Shown here: in pieces, positions 29,497 to 37,905 of the stretch
How positions within the stretch are numbered: the first letter of the stretch is position 1
Layout of the letters: each line of letters opens with the position of its first letter
Source of the DNA: Gaiellaceae bacterium
Lineage (GTDB): Bacteria > Actinomycetota > Thermoleophilia > Gaiellales > Gaiellaceae
Reading direction: 5' to 3'
Length of the DNA: 64,000 bases
NCBI GenBank assembly: GCA_046594445.1
Contig: JBKJSM010000075.1
Span: 23,819 to 87,818, forward strand
The notes under the pieces: generated by a model
What the model was told of the DNA's origin: nothing
The model's database searches: none
The model's input: only the letters and a program-made list of their open reading frames with translations
Translations under genes and position numbers: made by a program

Positions 29497-29503
29497 CGCG
29501 CCG

Positions 29504-29510
29504 TACTCTA
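29504..29510. promoter_or_regulatory. bidirectional -10 heptamer TACTCTA (queF / deoxyribosyltransferase-like gene)
   Basis: Plus strand: TACTCT, 9 nt, then ATG 29519. Minus strand: TAGAGT, 8 nt, then ATG 29496. The divergent spacer is only 22 bp. Confidence 0.45.
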
Positions 29511-29518
29511 GGCGAGCG

Positions 29519-29893
29519 ATGCGCGTCTATCTCGCCGGCCCGCCGTTCGCAGAGGAATATCGCCGCCGCGCCGACACGCTCGTCCGCGCGGCCGGCTGGG
29601 AGCCGGTCGATCCGATGCGACGAGACTTCCGCGGCCACACGGAGGGCAACGAGCGGGAGATCGTCGAGGGCGACCTCGCCGAGATCGACTCTTGCGATGC
29701 CGTGCTCGCCTCCTTCACCGAGCCGGACGAGGGGACCGCGATGGAGTGCTGGCACGCCCACGTGGCCGGCAAGCCGGTCGTCGCCTACACCGGCGGCACG
29801 CCGGCACACCCATGGACCGTGTACGTCGCAGATGCGGTCTGCCCCGACCTGGAGCAGGCGGTCGCAGCGCTCGGCGCTACTGTCCCACGGTGA
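29519..29893 (+). CDS. nucleoside 2-deoxyribosyltransferase-like protein
   Basis: 124 aa: MRVYLAGP.F.......R....L...G.E...P........................D...I..CD.V.A.......D.GT..E.G.A...GKPVV, the pattern of the family. Confidence 0.65.
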   Translation: MRVYLAGPPFAEEYRRRADTLVRAAGWEPVDPMRRDFRGHTEGNEREIVEGDLAEIDSCDAVLASFTEPDEGTAMECWHAHVAGKPVVAYTGGTPAHPWTVYVADAVCPDLEQAVAALGATVPR

Positions 29894-31167
29894 GGGGTTA
29901 CCTGCGCAGCCTGAACCCGCGACTACCGCGGGAGATCCAGGTACTCCAGCTCGGCGGGCTCCTGAACGCGATCGGGAACGGCCTCGTGCTGCCGTTCACG
30001 CTCATCTACCTGCACAACGAGCGCGGGATCGACCTGACCACCGCCGGGCTGGTCCTCGGCACCAACGCTGCGGTCAGCCTGGTCGCCGGGCCGATCGCAG
30101 GTGCACTCGTCGACCGGGTCGGCGGCAAGCGGATGCTCACGATCGCGCTCGGCTTCCTGATGCTCGGAATCGGCGGCTACGCGTTCGTCGAGACGGCGTG
30201 GCACGGTTTCCTCGCGGCCGCGATCCTCGGGATCGGGAACGGCGCCTTCTGGCCCTCCCAGTCGACGCTCCTCTCGGGCTTGGCCTCGCGCGAGCAGCGT
30301 CCGACCGTGTTCGCGATGCAGCGTGTGACGATGAACCTGGGCATCGGGATCGGCGGCCTCACCGGGGGCTTCATCGCCGCAGCGAGCTTCCAGGCGCTCT
30401 TCCTGCTCGACGCGCTCACCTTCGTCGGCTACGCGGTGGTGCTCTGGCGGTTCGTCCCGGAGCCGCGCCGGCAGCTCGAGCGGGCTGTGCGCGCGGGGAG
30501 CTACCGCGACGTCTTCCGGCACCGGGTCTTCATGGGACTGATCGCCGTGAACGCCCTCTTCATCGCCGCCGGGATCGCACAGCTCGAGGTGCTGCCCGCC
30601 TACGCGAAGAATGAGGCCGGAATCGGCGAGAGCGGAATCGGCCAGCTGTTCTTCGTCAACACGATCGCGGTCGTCCTGCTGCAGCTGCCCGTCGCCCGGC
30701 TCGCGCAGGGCCACCGGCGGATGCCGTTCATGGCACTGCTCGGCGTCGTCTGGGCCGCATCCTGGATCGTCGTACCCGCGAGCGGCCTCTGGCTCTCCGG
30801 GTTCACCGCGTTTGCCCTGCTCGCTTTCGCCGTCCTCCTCTTCGGGGCGGGCGAGTGCCTGCACGGCGCCGTCCAGGCGCCGCTCGTCGCCGATCTGGCG
30901 GATCACCGGCTGATCGGCCGCTACATGGCGATGTCGGCGCTCTCCTGGCAGGTCGGCTTCACGGTAGGTCCGGCGGCCGGGGCCGCTCTGCTCGGCGCGT
31001 CGCCGACCGGGCTCTGGATCGCCGCCGCGTCCGGCTGCCTCCTCGCCGGCCTCGCCTCGCTGGCGCTCGAGCGGGCGTTGCCGGAGCACGTGCGCCGCAC
31101 GCCGCGTGCCGCGCCGGTCGCAACCGCACCCGTCGCGCTCGTCGACGCCGCTTCACCGACAACCTAA
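29890..31167 (+). CDS. MFS transporter
   Basis: From GTG 29890, which overlaps the upstream stop as GTGA: VRGYLRSLNPRLPREIQVLQLGGLLNAIGNGLVLPF... About 12 hydrophobic segments by eye. Confidence 0.85.
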   Translation: MRGYLRSLNPRLPREIQVLQLGGLLNAIGNGLVLPFTLIYLHNERGIDLTTAGLVLGTNAAVSLVAGPIAGALVDRVGGKRMLTIALGFLMLGIGGYAFVETAWHGFLAAAILGIGNGAFWPSQSTLLSGLASREQRPTVFAMQRVTMNLGIGIGGLTGGFIAAASFQALFLLDALTFVGYAVVLWRFVPEPRRQLERAVRAGSYRDVFRHRVFMGLIAVNALFIAAGIAQLEVLPAYAKNEAGIGESGIGQLFFVNTIAVVLLQLPVARLAQGHRRMPFMALLGVVWAASWIVVPASGLWLSGFTAFALLAFAVLLFGAGECLHGAVQAPLVADLADHRLIGRYMAMSALSWQVGFTVGPAAGAALLGASPTGLWIAAASGCLLAGLASLALERALPEHVRRTPRAAPVATAPVALVDAASPTT

Positions 31168-31214
31168 GTAGAATTGCGCCATGCCGATCGCCGCCGAGGA
31201 CCCGCTCAGTACGT

Positions 31215-32198
31215 ATGGCCAACCTGCCTCGCATCAGGCGGTCACGGCTCGACTCGCTCGCACAGCCCGACGCTCCGGCTGAGCGCCGCCCGCTCGAGCT
31301 CACCGGCGGCGGCCTGACCTGGGTCCACCTCGACCGGCCAAACGCGACCGCCGCGGCCGACCTCGCCGAGCGGTTCGGCTGGCACGCGCTCGACGTCGAG
31401 GACGTGCTCTCGAAGCGCCAGCGGCCGAAGATCGACGAGTACCCCGACTATCTCTTCGCCGTCCTCCACTTCCCCGTCTACGACAAGGCTATCCAGCGGC
31501 TGAACGCGGCCGAGCTCGACGTCTTCCTCGCCCAGGGCTACCTCGTGACGCTGCCGAACGTCGAGCTGCTCCCGGTGACGCGGCTCTTCCACCGCTGCCG
31601 GGAGAACGAGCAGCTGCGGGAGGAGCTGTTCGCAAAAGGGTCCGGTCGACTGCTGTACGAGGTGCTCGACGACCTCTTCGACTACTGCTTCCCGATCCTC
31701 GACAAGATCGGTCACAAGCTCGACTCCGTCGAGGACGACATGTTCGAGCGCCGGGCCGAGGACGTCGTCCGCGACCTCTCGAACGTCAAGCAGGAGATCA
31801 TCTCCTACCGCAAGATCATCAAGCCCGAGCGCGCCACCCTGCGCCAGCTGGAGCGGCGCGTGGAGCGGTTCCTGCCGGAGGAGCTCGACCTCTACTTTGA
31901 CGACATCGTCGACGCGGCCGAGCGGATCTGGGACCTGCTCGACAACTACAAGGAGGTCGTCGAGGGGCTCGAGTCGACGAACGAGTCGGTGATCTCGCAC
32001 CGCCAGAACGACGTCCTCCGCGTGCTCACCACCTTCAGCGCGATCCTGCTGCCGCTGACCCTGCTGGCCAGCGTCTTCGGGATGAACGTCGACTTCCCGG
32101 GCAACGGCACCGCGTTGGCCTTCTGGATCATCGTCGGCGTCATGGTCGCCGTGGGCGCGAGCCTCCTGGGCTTCTTTCGCTGGAAGCGCTGGCTCTAA
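31215..32198 (+). CDS. corA: magnesium/cobalt transporter CorA
   Basis: From ATG 31215: MANLPRIRRSRL... Has a C-terminal TM pair with the GMN signature (...LASVFGMNVDFPG...). Confidence 0.9.
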   Translation: MANLPRIRRSRLDSLAQPDAPAERRPLELTGGGLTWVHLDRPNATAAADLAERFGWHALDVEDVLSKRQRPKIDEYPDYLFAVLHFPVYDKAIQRLNAAELDVFLAQGYLVTLPNVELLPVTRLFHRCRENEQLREELFAKGSGRLLYEVLDDLFDYCFPILDKIGHKLDSVEDDMFERRAEDVVRDLSNVKQEIISYRKIIKPERATLRQLERRVERFLPEELDLYFDDIVDAAERIWDLLDNYKEVVEGLESTNESVISHRQNDVLRVLTTFSAILLPLTLLASVFGMNVDFPGNGTALAFWIIVGVMVAVGASLLGFFRWKRWL

Positions 32199-32208
32199 TT
32201 GAAGACTG

Positions 32209-32237
32209 AGCCGGGGCGCAGTCGGTGCCGCCCCGGC
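32209..32237 (+). terminator. hairpin after corA
   Basis: AGCCGGGGCG-cagtcggtg-CGCCCCGGCT, a 10-bp stem 11 nt after the corA stop. Weak T content follows. Confidence 0.5.
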
Positions 32238-32463
32238 TGTCGTCGCTCTTAGCGGCCTTCGCTCCCGTCTCCCCCGCGGCCCCAGTTGATGTCGAGGTGC
32301 TCGCGGGGATCGTCGGCGTGCGAACGGGTGCCGGACTTCGCGATCCCGCGGCTGACCTTGGTCGTTGCCGGGATCGCGATCACCGCGGCCTCGTCGGACG
32401 CCTTCGTAGGAACTTCATAAACCGGTCCTGCCGGTGACGCGTGGAGGTTTAACGGTATGCGCG

Positions 32464-33276
32464 CTAGGCCGGTTGGAGCCTCCGGGCTCCCGCGGCGACG
32501 TCCGCGGTCTCGAGCGCGCGCCAGGTGAGCGGCCCGGCGACCCCGTCCGGCTCGAGGTCGCGCTGCTGCTGGAACGCCTCGACCGCGAGCTGGGTGATCT
32601 GGCCGTAGTCGCCGTCGATGGCGGCTTCCACAGGCAGCACGCCGTGCTGGCGCAGCAGCCTCTGCAAGCGCTTGACCTGCCACCCCTCGGAGCCGAACCG
32701 GAGGGTCGGGGCCTCCGCCTTCAGCGGCTTCACCGCCGCCGGGACGCCGGTGCCGATCCGTGCGCGCACGAGCGCGAGGTAGCGCTCGACCGGGAAGCCC
32801 TGGCCGGGATCCCAGTGCGAACCGCGCTTGAACGCCTTGCTGACGGCGTCGTGGGTCGTGATCCCACGCCTGCCCGCCTTCAGATCAGCTGCGTAGAGCC
32901 AGGTGACCGGGATCTTGTACTTCTTGCACAGGTCGCCTACGAGCGTGGCGGAACGCTCGAGCATCGCCGTCGAGTAGGCGTCGCTCCAGTCGCGGCCGGT
33001 CTGCTTCGCGCGTCCGGCGTGCTCGATCCCGATCCCGTCGTGGTTCGCGCCTGGAGCGTGCCAGCCGACGTCCTGGTCGCGAACGCACTGCACGACCGAG
33101 TTCGCATCGACGCAGTAATGGGCGGAAACCTTCGCGCCGGGGTTGCGGAACCAGGCGGCGCAGTTCTCCGCGGTCTCGCCCTTCTCGTCCATCTCCATCG
33201 TGTGGATCACGATCAGGTCGATCTGGCGGCCGGCGGTGCGGGTGACGTGCGGGCTCTCGACGAACGGATAGGCCAT
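32464..33276 (-). CDS. N-acetylmuramoyl-L-alanine amidase (Amidase_2/PGRP) with C-terminal PG_binding_1 domain
   Basis: Last 270 aa of ORF 32464..34431, from ATG 33276 (AGGAGA upstream): MAYPFVESPHVTRTAGRQIDLIVIHTMEM...SAHYCVD...GWHAPGANHDGIGIEH... C-terminal part ...GSEGWQVKRLQRLLRQHGV...DGDYGQITQLAVEAFQ. Confidence 0.88.
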   Translation of the reverse strand: MAYPFVESPHVTRTAGRQIDLIVIHTMEMDEKGETAENCAAWFRNPGAKVSAHYCVDANSVVQCVRDQDVGWHAPGANHDGIGIEHAGRAKQTGRDWSDAYSTAMLERSATLVGDLCKKYKIPVTWLYAADLKAGRRGITTHDAVSKAFKRGSHWDPGQGFPVERYLALVRARIGTGVPAAVKPLKAEAPTLRFGSEGWQVKRLQRLLRQHGVLPVEAAIDGDYGQITQLAVEAFQQQRDLEPDGVAGPLTWRALETADVAAGARRLQPA

Positions 33277-33293
33277 GTCTCTCTCCTTTTCGT

Positions 33294-34055
33294 TCAGGGC
33301 TGGGTGGCGGTGGGCGCGGTGACCAAAGCCTTCTTGGCCAAGTAGCCGGCGTGCGAGATCGCGAGCAGCGTGACGACGGCCTCGTCGACCGCCGGCAATG
33401 AGGTGAATGCACTCGTCCTGTCCTCGAACATGTCGCCGAGCGTCAGCCCGTAGGCGAGGATCAGCACGACGGTGAACAGGAACATCTGCACCTTGCCGAG
33501 ATCCACGTGGTCGCCGTCTGCCTCCTCCTCGCCGTGGAAGAGATCGGCGAACCTCGAGTCGGCCTCGCTGCGCAGGTGCACGACCTTGCCGCCCTGCTTT
33601 CGCTGCTTGTAGGAGAGCGCGGCGGGCGCGGCGACGAGCGACGCCGTCGAGATCCCCATCGCGAGCCAGAGCTCGCTCGGGATGCTCACGTTCATCGGCT
33701 CCGCCGCATTGCGGCCGATGTTCGCGAGCGCTGCGGCCAGATAGCCCGAGAGCACGAGCACGGTCCAGAGGAGCATCTGCAGCCGCGAGAGGCTGACGCG
33801 GTGGCGGTCGTCGATGAGGACGCCGCGCCAGAGGCCCGTGACGCCGTGCCCCGCGACGGCGGCCAAGGCGGCCATCAGCGCCGCGACCGCGAGCCAGCCG
33901 ACGACGGTGCGCTGGCCGAGGAAGCCGAGCTGGCCGCCGCTCTGCGGCAGCGAGATCCCGAGCACCGCAATCCCCGCGAGAATCGCGACCAGCCCAAAGG
34001 TGTGAGCGGAGCGCCAGCGAGGACGCTCGGCGTACGTGGCTGCTGCGGTCGACAT
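33294..34055 (-). CDS. polytopic membrane protein, unknown function
   Basis: 253 aa with 5-6 hydrophobic segments by eye and a central charged loop KQRKQGGKVVHLRSEADSRFADLFHGEEEADGDHVDLGK. AGGAAGG lies upstream of the ATG. 17 nt upstream of the amidase gene. Confidence 0.7.
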   Translation of the reverse strand: MSTAAATYAERPRWRSAHTFGLVAILAGIAVLGISLPQSGGQLGFLGQRTVVGWLAVAALMAALAAVAGHGVTGLWRGVLIDDRHRVSLSRLQMLLWTVLVLSGYLAAALANIGRNAAEPMNVSIPSELWLAMGISTASLVAAPAALSYKQRKQGGKVVHLRSEADSRFADLFHGEEEADGDHVDLGKVQMFLFTVVLILAYGLTLGDMFEDRTSAFTSLPAVDEAVVTLLAISHAGYLAKKALVTAPTATQP

Positions 34056-34130
34056 GCTCCCTCGCCTTCCTGCCGCAGCTCGCTTGTGCGGAAAGCATCA
34101 ACCTTTCCTCGCCCATTGTCAAGGTTCGGG

Positions 34131-34139
34131 TGCGAGAAT
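34131..34139 (+). promoter_or_regulatory. extended -10 (TGcGAGAAT) positioned for a leaderless HIT-gene transcript
   Basis: TG-n-GAGAAT ends 6 nt before ATG 34146. Confidence 0.4.
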
Positions 34140-34145
34140 CGCCTG

Positions 34146-34628
34146 ATGCCGAAGCCGCTGTGGGCGCCCTGGCGTCTCGAGTACGTGACGCAGGCCGACG
34201 AGCTCCCGGGCTGCCCGCTCTGCGCCGAGGCGGCGGGCGAGGTCGAGGAGAGCCTCGTCGTCCACCGGGGCGAGACGGCGTTCGTGCTCCTGAACAAGTT
34301 TCCGTACTCCTCCGGGCACCTACTCGTCGCTCCCGTCGCCCACACGGGCGAGCTCGCGGGGCTCGGCGACGAGACCGCGCTCGAGATCCACCGGCTCGGC
34401 CTCCAGGGAATCGAGGCGTTGCGCGCGACATATGCGCCCGCGGGCTTCAATCTGGGTTGGAACCTCGGCCGGGTCGCGGGGGCGGGGATCGTCGACCATG
34501 TCCACCTTCATGTCGTTCCGCGCTGGGCGGGCGACACGAACTTCATGCCGGTGCTCGGCGACGTGAAGGTGCTGCCCGAGCACCTGCACGCCACGCGCGA
34601 GCGGCTGCTCGGCGCCTGGCCGCGCTGA
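34146..34628 (+). CDS. HIT-family nucleotide hydrolase/transferase
   Basis: From ATG 34146: MPKPLWAPWRLEYV...CPLC...NKFPYSSGHLLVAP, and histidine triad HVHLHVVPR. Confidence 0.88.
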   Translation: MPKPLWAPWRLEYVTQADELPGCPLCAEAAGEVEESLVVHRGETAFVLLNKFPYSSGHLLVAPVAHTGELAGLGDETALEIHRLGLQGIEALRATYAPAGFNLGWNLGRVAGAGIVDHVHLHVVPRWAGDTNFMPVLGDVKVLPEHLHATRERLLGAWPR

Positions 34629-34856
34629 GCTCGGCCGAGAGCGCTTCACCTCGGCGCCGCTTCCGTCGATGGGAGACGAGATGGAGCGCTTCGACTTCCA
34701 ACAGCTCGTCGAGTGCTTGCCGCTCGTCGTCTGTCCGGCTATGCCGAGGAGGCATTCGCGGACAACCCGGCGATCACCGCGGCGACCTTGATCGGGAAAC
34801 CGTTCACCGTCGACGAATTCGCGCACCGCGTACGCGGCGCACTCGAAGCGGCCTGA
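34629..34856 (+). pseudogene. remnant of a response-regulator receiver domain (C-terminal half only)
   Basis: Own translation of the frame ending at TGA 34854-34856: ...VLAARRLSGYAEEAFADNPAITAATLIGKPFTVDEFAHRVRGALEAA. It matches the REC pattern ...SGY......A...GA..F..KPF..DEL...V. No ATG and no N-terminal Asp pocket. The frame opens right after a stop at 34626. Confidence 0.4.
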
Positions 34857-34947
34857 CGCACTTCTCAGCCCGGAAAGCCCTGCAAATGTGGCTTGATTCC
34901 TCGAACGAGGGATCAGTTGCCAGCGCTGGCGCTCCGATCTCTGGAGT

Positions 34948-35568
34948 GTGGATCTCGTCCGTGCCGCCGTATCGGGCAGGGTCCGCGTCGCCGCTCTTCT
35001 AGCGCTGACGTGCGCCCTTCTCCCCGCCGACGCTCTCGCGTTCGGCGGCAGCTACCGCATCGACGGCGGTACGCAGCGCCAGCAGGCGCAGGTGCGTCTC
35101 GCGCTCGACGCTAGCTCGTTTGACTGGGGCGTCGTCCCGCCGGTCGAGATCGCGATCCGCGAGGGCACGGGCTCGTTCTCCCTGCCGGGTCGGATCACCC
35201 TCGAGGCCAAGCTCCTCGATGCCGGGATCTTCTCCTGGGCCGTCGTCCAGGACGAGTTCGCCCACCAGATCGACTACCTCGTGCTCGGCGAGCGCGCCCG
35301 CTCGATCCTCAACCGGGAGCTGCTCGGCCGGGTGTGGTGCCACTCTGACCAGCCGGGCCTCCCCCACTCCGTCTATGGCTGCGAGCGGTTCACCTCCACC
35401 TTCGTCTGGGCGTTCTGGCCGGTGCGGCAGAACGCGTACCGCCCCAACTCGCGGAACGACGAGTCCGCCTCGATGGCTCCTGGCCCGTTCCGGGCGCTCG
35501 TCCAGGAGCTAATCGCGCCCGCCGTGGCCGTGCGCTCGCACAATCGCCTCTACGGCCCCCTCCGGTAA
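34948..35568 (+). CDS. secreted hypothetical protein
   Basis: 206 aa with a signal-like N-terminus RVRVAALLALTCALLPADALA. No family recognised. Confidence 0.55.
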   Translation: MDLVRAAVSGRVRVAALLALTCALLPADALAFGGSYRIDGGTQRQQAQVRLALDASSFDWGVVPPVEIAIREGTGSFSLPGRITLEAKLLDAGIFSWAVVQDEFAHQIDYLVLGERARSILNRELLGRVWCHSDQPGLPHSVYGCERFTSTFVWAFWPVRQNAYRPNSRNDESASMAPGPFRALVQELIAPAVAVRSHNRLYGPLR

Positions 35569-35591
35569 AGCAGCGTACCCGCGAAGTCGGC

Positions 35592-35620
35592 TTGACCGTT
35601 TGCCTTCTGCGAGCTTGAAT
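35592..35620 (+). promoter_or_regulatory. sigma-70-type promoter for the 35647 gene
   Basis: TTGACC (35592-35597), a 17-nt spacer, then TTGAAT (35615-35620). GAGGG SD lies 5 nt before ATG 35647. Confidence 0.5.
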
Positions 35621-35646
35621 CACGGGAGAGACTTCAGAGGGCCGCC

Positions 35647-35973
35647 ATGTCGCACGCAACTCGTAACGCACACATCCAGTCGCTGTACCGAGAAGTCAAC
35701 GAGGGCATCGCCCTGATGGGCAAGGGCTGGGACACCCCGATGCTGGAGCTGCTCTGCGAGTGCGGCACCGCGCGCTGCACCGAGCGGATCGAGATGAGCC
35801 CGGACGACTACGAGCTCCTCCGCGCCGATGCGACCCGTTTCGTGCTCCGTCCTGGACACGAGGACGGCGCGGCCGAGACCGTCGTTCGCTCCACCCCGGA
35901 GTACCTGATCGTCGCCAACCACGGACGCGCCGCGACCGTGGCGATCCGCAAGGATCCCCGGACCGCGCGCTAG
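35647..35973 (+). CDS. hypothetical protein with CxC...C motif
   Basis: 108 aa: ...MLELLCECGTARCTERIEMSPDDYELLRADATRFVL... Has a plausible promoter and SD. No family recognised. Confidence 0.6.
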   Translation: MSHATRNAHIQSLYREVNEGIALMGKGWDTPMLELLCECGTARCTERIEMSPDDYELLRADATRFVLRPGHEDGAAETVVRSTPEYLIVANHGRAATVAIRKDPRTAR

Positions 35974-35986
35974 AATCCCCGTCGAC

Positions 35987-36059
35987 GCGGGTGTAGCTCA
36001 GTTGGTAGAGCATCAGCTTCCCAAGCTGAGGGTCGTGGGTTCGAGTCCCATCGCCCGCT
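35987..36059 (+). tRNA. tRNA-Gly (anticodon CCC)
   Basis: Manual cloverleaf: acceptor GCGGGTG/CGCCCGC (one G-U pair), D arm GCTC/GAGC, anticodon stem TCAGC/GCTGA with loop UUCCCAA, T arm GTGGG-TTCGAGT-CCCAT. Confidence 0.9.
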
Positions 36060-36083
36060 TTCTGCGAGACGTCGCGCCGACGC

Positions 36084-36830
36084 TTACTCGCAGCCGATGC
36101 CGTCGTTGTCGGCGTCGAGCCGATAGGGGTCGGCGCCGATCACCTGCACTGGCGCCTTGCCGAGCGCGCGCACGTCTGGGCAGTTGAGATCGCCCACGAT
36201 CGGCAGGCAGTTGGAGTAGTTCGGATGACAGCCGGCTGACGGCGATGGTGTGGCGGATGGAAGCGGGGTTGCGACCGGAGCCGGAGCCGGGGTGGCCGTC
36301 GGCGCAGGCGGAGTCGCCGGAGCTGCACACGCCGTGTACAGACCTGCGTTGGCGCTCTTTGCGGAGGCCGCCGCGGAGCGGTACGCCGTCAACCGCGCGA
36401 ACGGCCGCTCGAAGACGTACACCGCGGCGTATCCCTCCCTGACCAGGCGGACACCGAGATCTTGGCTACCGCCGATGTCGACGTACGCCAGCAGGCGGCT
36501 GTAGCGATCACGCGTGTCCTGCGTGGGATCACCGCGGAGAACGACGCGCTTCCCGAGCGTGAGGCTCGTCGTCCTGTGCGAGGCCTGCGTGAAGTAGCAA
36601 GCCCCCCGCTCCGGAGTGTCGATGCCGATCACACGCACGCGCTCGCGCATGCCGCTGGCTAGCGTGACGTCGAGCGTGTCGCCGTCGATAACGCGCGTGA
36701 CGATGCCGGGATACGAGAAGCGCCCGTCGCTAGCCGCTTCAGCCTGGTCGGAGGAGGGAAGTCCCGAAAGCAGCCCGAACCCGAGCAGGCCTGACAGTGC
36801 CGCCGCAGATACCGCCCACCTCACTGCCAA
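36084..36830 (-). CDS. secreted thermonuclease (SNase)-family nuclease with C-terminal Excalibur Ca-binding domain
   Basis: 248 aa: ...VIDGDTLDV....G..ERVRVIGIDTPE..., then the C-terminal ...CPDV.......V.G.DPYRLDADNDGIGCE. Confidence 0.82.
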   Translation of the reverse strand: MAVRWAVSAAALSGLLGFGLLSGLPSSDQAEAASDGRFSYPGIVTRVIDGDTLDVTLASGMRERVRVIGIDTPERGACYFTQASHRTTSLTLGKRVVLRGDPTQDTRDRYSRLLAYVDIGGSQDLGVRLVREGYAAVYVFERPFARLTAYRSAAASAKSANAGLYTACAAPATPPAPTATPAPAPVATPLPSATPSPSAGCHPNYSNCLPIVGDLNCPDVRALGKAPVQVIGADPYRLDADNDGIGCE

Positions 36831-36876
36831 CCATTGTTAGCGCGATTGTCCTTTTAGTACAAGCGGCTGGCGCCGC

Positions 36877-37905
36877 TCAGCTCGAGCGGGCGAGCTCCTC
36901 CATCTCAGTCGAGTAGCGGCCGCCGACGGCGGCGCTGTTGCAGCGAGACCGGAGCGCGAGCTGCGCCTGGCCAGCCTCGACGTTCGACGCGTCGCCCCCC
37001 CAAGCCGCGATCGCCGGCGCCTGCAGGGCGCGCCCGTACGAGAACGAGAGCGCCCACGGCTGCGGTCCGCGCGAGTTGATCGCGTTCAGGTTCTCGCTCG
37101 CCTGCTGGTCGGTCTGGCCGCCTGAGAGGAAGACGATCCCGGGCACGGCCGCAGGGACGGTCTCGCGGAAGCACCTGAGCGTCCAGTCGGCGACCTCGTC
37201 GGCGCTCGCCTGCGTCGGCGAGCCCTTGCCGGAGAGAACCATGTTCGGCTTCAGCAGGATCCCTTCGAGGTCGACGCGCTGGTGGTAGAGCTCGTCGAAG
37301 ACCTTGTGCAGCGTCCGCTTGGTGGCGCGATAACACGTCTCGATGTCGTTGTCGGCGTCCATCAACACCTCGGGCTCGACGATCGGGACGATTCCCTGCT
37401 CCTGGCACAGGGCCGCGTAGCGAGCGAGCGCATGCGCGTTGACCTGGATGCAGTAGGCCGTCGGGATGCCGTCGCCGATCGTGATCACGGCGCGCCACTT
37501 GGCGAAGCGCGCGCCGAGCCCGCGGTACTCCTCGAGGCGCTCGCGCAGCCCGTCCAGCCCTTCGGTCAGCTTCTCGCCCGGCGCGCCCGCGAGCTCCTTG
37601 GCGCCGGTGTCGACCTTGATCCCCGGGATGATCCCCTTGTCCGCGAGGTAGCTCGCGAACGGGGTGCCGTCGGCGCTCGACTGCCGCAGCGTCTCGTCGT
37701 AGAGGATGACGCCGCTGACGAACTCCTCGAGCCCGGGCGTCGTGAAGAGCATGTCGCGGTAGGCGCGGCGATTCTCCTCCGTCGACTCGAGCGAGATCGT
37801 GTCGAAACGCTTTTCGATCGTCCCCGAGCTCTCATCGGCGGCGAGGATCCCCCTGTCGCCGGCGACGAGCGCCCTGGCGGTCTCGTGTAGGCCGTTGTCA
37901 GCCAT
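36877..37905 (-). CDS. fba: class I fructose-bisphosphate aldolase
   Basis: 342 aa: ...[16 protein letters not shown]..., ...ILYDETL..., ...LLKPNMV... (Schiff-base Lys region). Confidence 0.9.
   Translation of the reverse strand: MADNGLHETARALVAGDRGILAADESSGTIEKRFDTISLESTEENRRAYRDMLFTTPGLEEFVSGVILYDETLRQSSADGTPFASYLADKGIIPGIKVDTGAKELAGAPGEKLTEGLDGLRERLEEYRGLGARFAKWRAVITIGDGIPTAYCIQVNAHALARYAALCQEQGIVPIVEPEVLMDADNDIETCYRATKRTLHKVFDELYHQRVDLEGILLKPNMVLSGKGSPTQASADEVADWTLRCFRETVPAAVPGIVFLSGGQTDQQASENLNAINSRGPQPWALSFSYGRALQAPAIAAWGGDASNVEAGQAQLALRSRCNSAAVGGRYSTEMEELARSS

Noticed and set aside
29497-29518. preQ1 riboswitch upstream of queF
   Set aside because: The divergent spacer is only 22 bp and is occupied by the shared -10 heptamer. 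There is no room for an aptamer.
32249-32390. Possible 44-aa minus-strand ORF (GTG after GAGG): VIAIPATTKVSRGIAKSGTRSHADDPREHLDINWGRGGDGSEGR
   Set aside because: It is the tail of a shadow ORF (32249..32683) overlapping the amidase gene. No family was recognised and start evidence is weak. It cannot be supported without conservation or expression data.
28950-36059. Segment bounded by tRNA-Arg and tRNA-Gly, considered as a genomic island or prophage remnant
   Set aside because: I saw no integrase, transposase or direct repeat of a tRNA 3' end, and composition looks like the rest of the window by eye. Only weak hints exist (a lysis-like gene pair, a REC-domain remnant), and these are reported separately.
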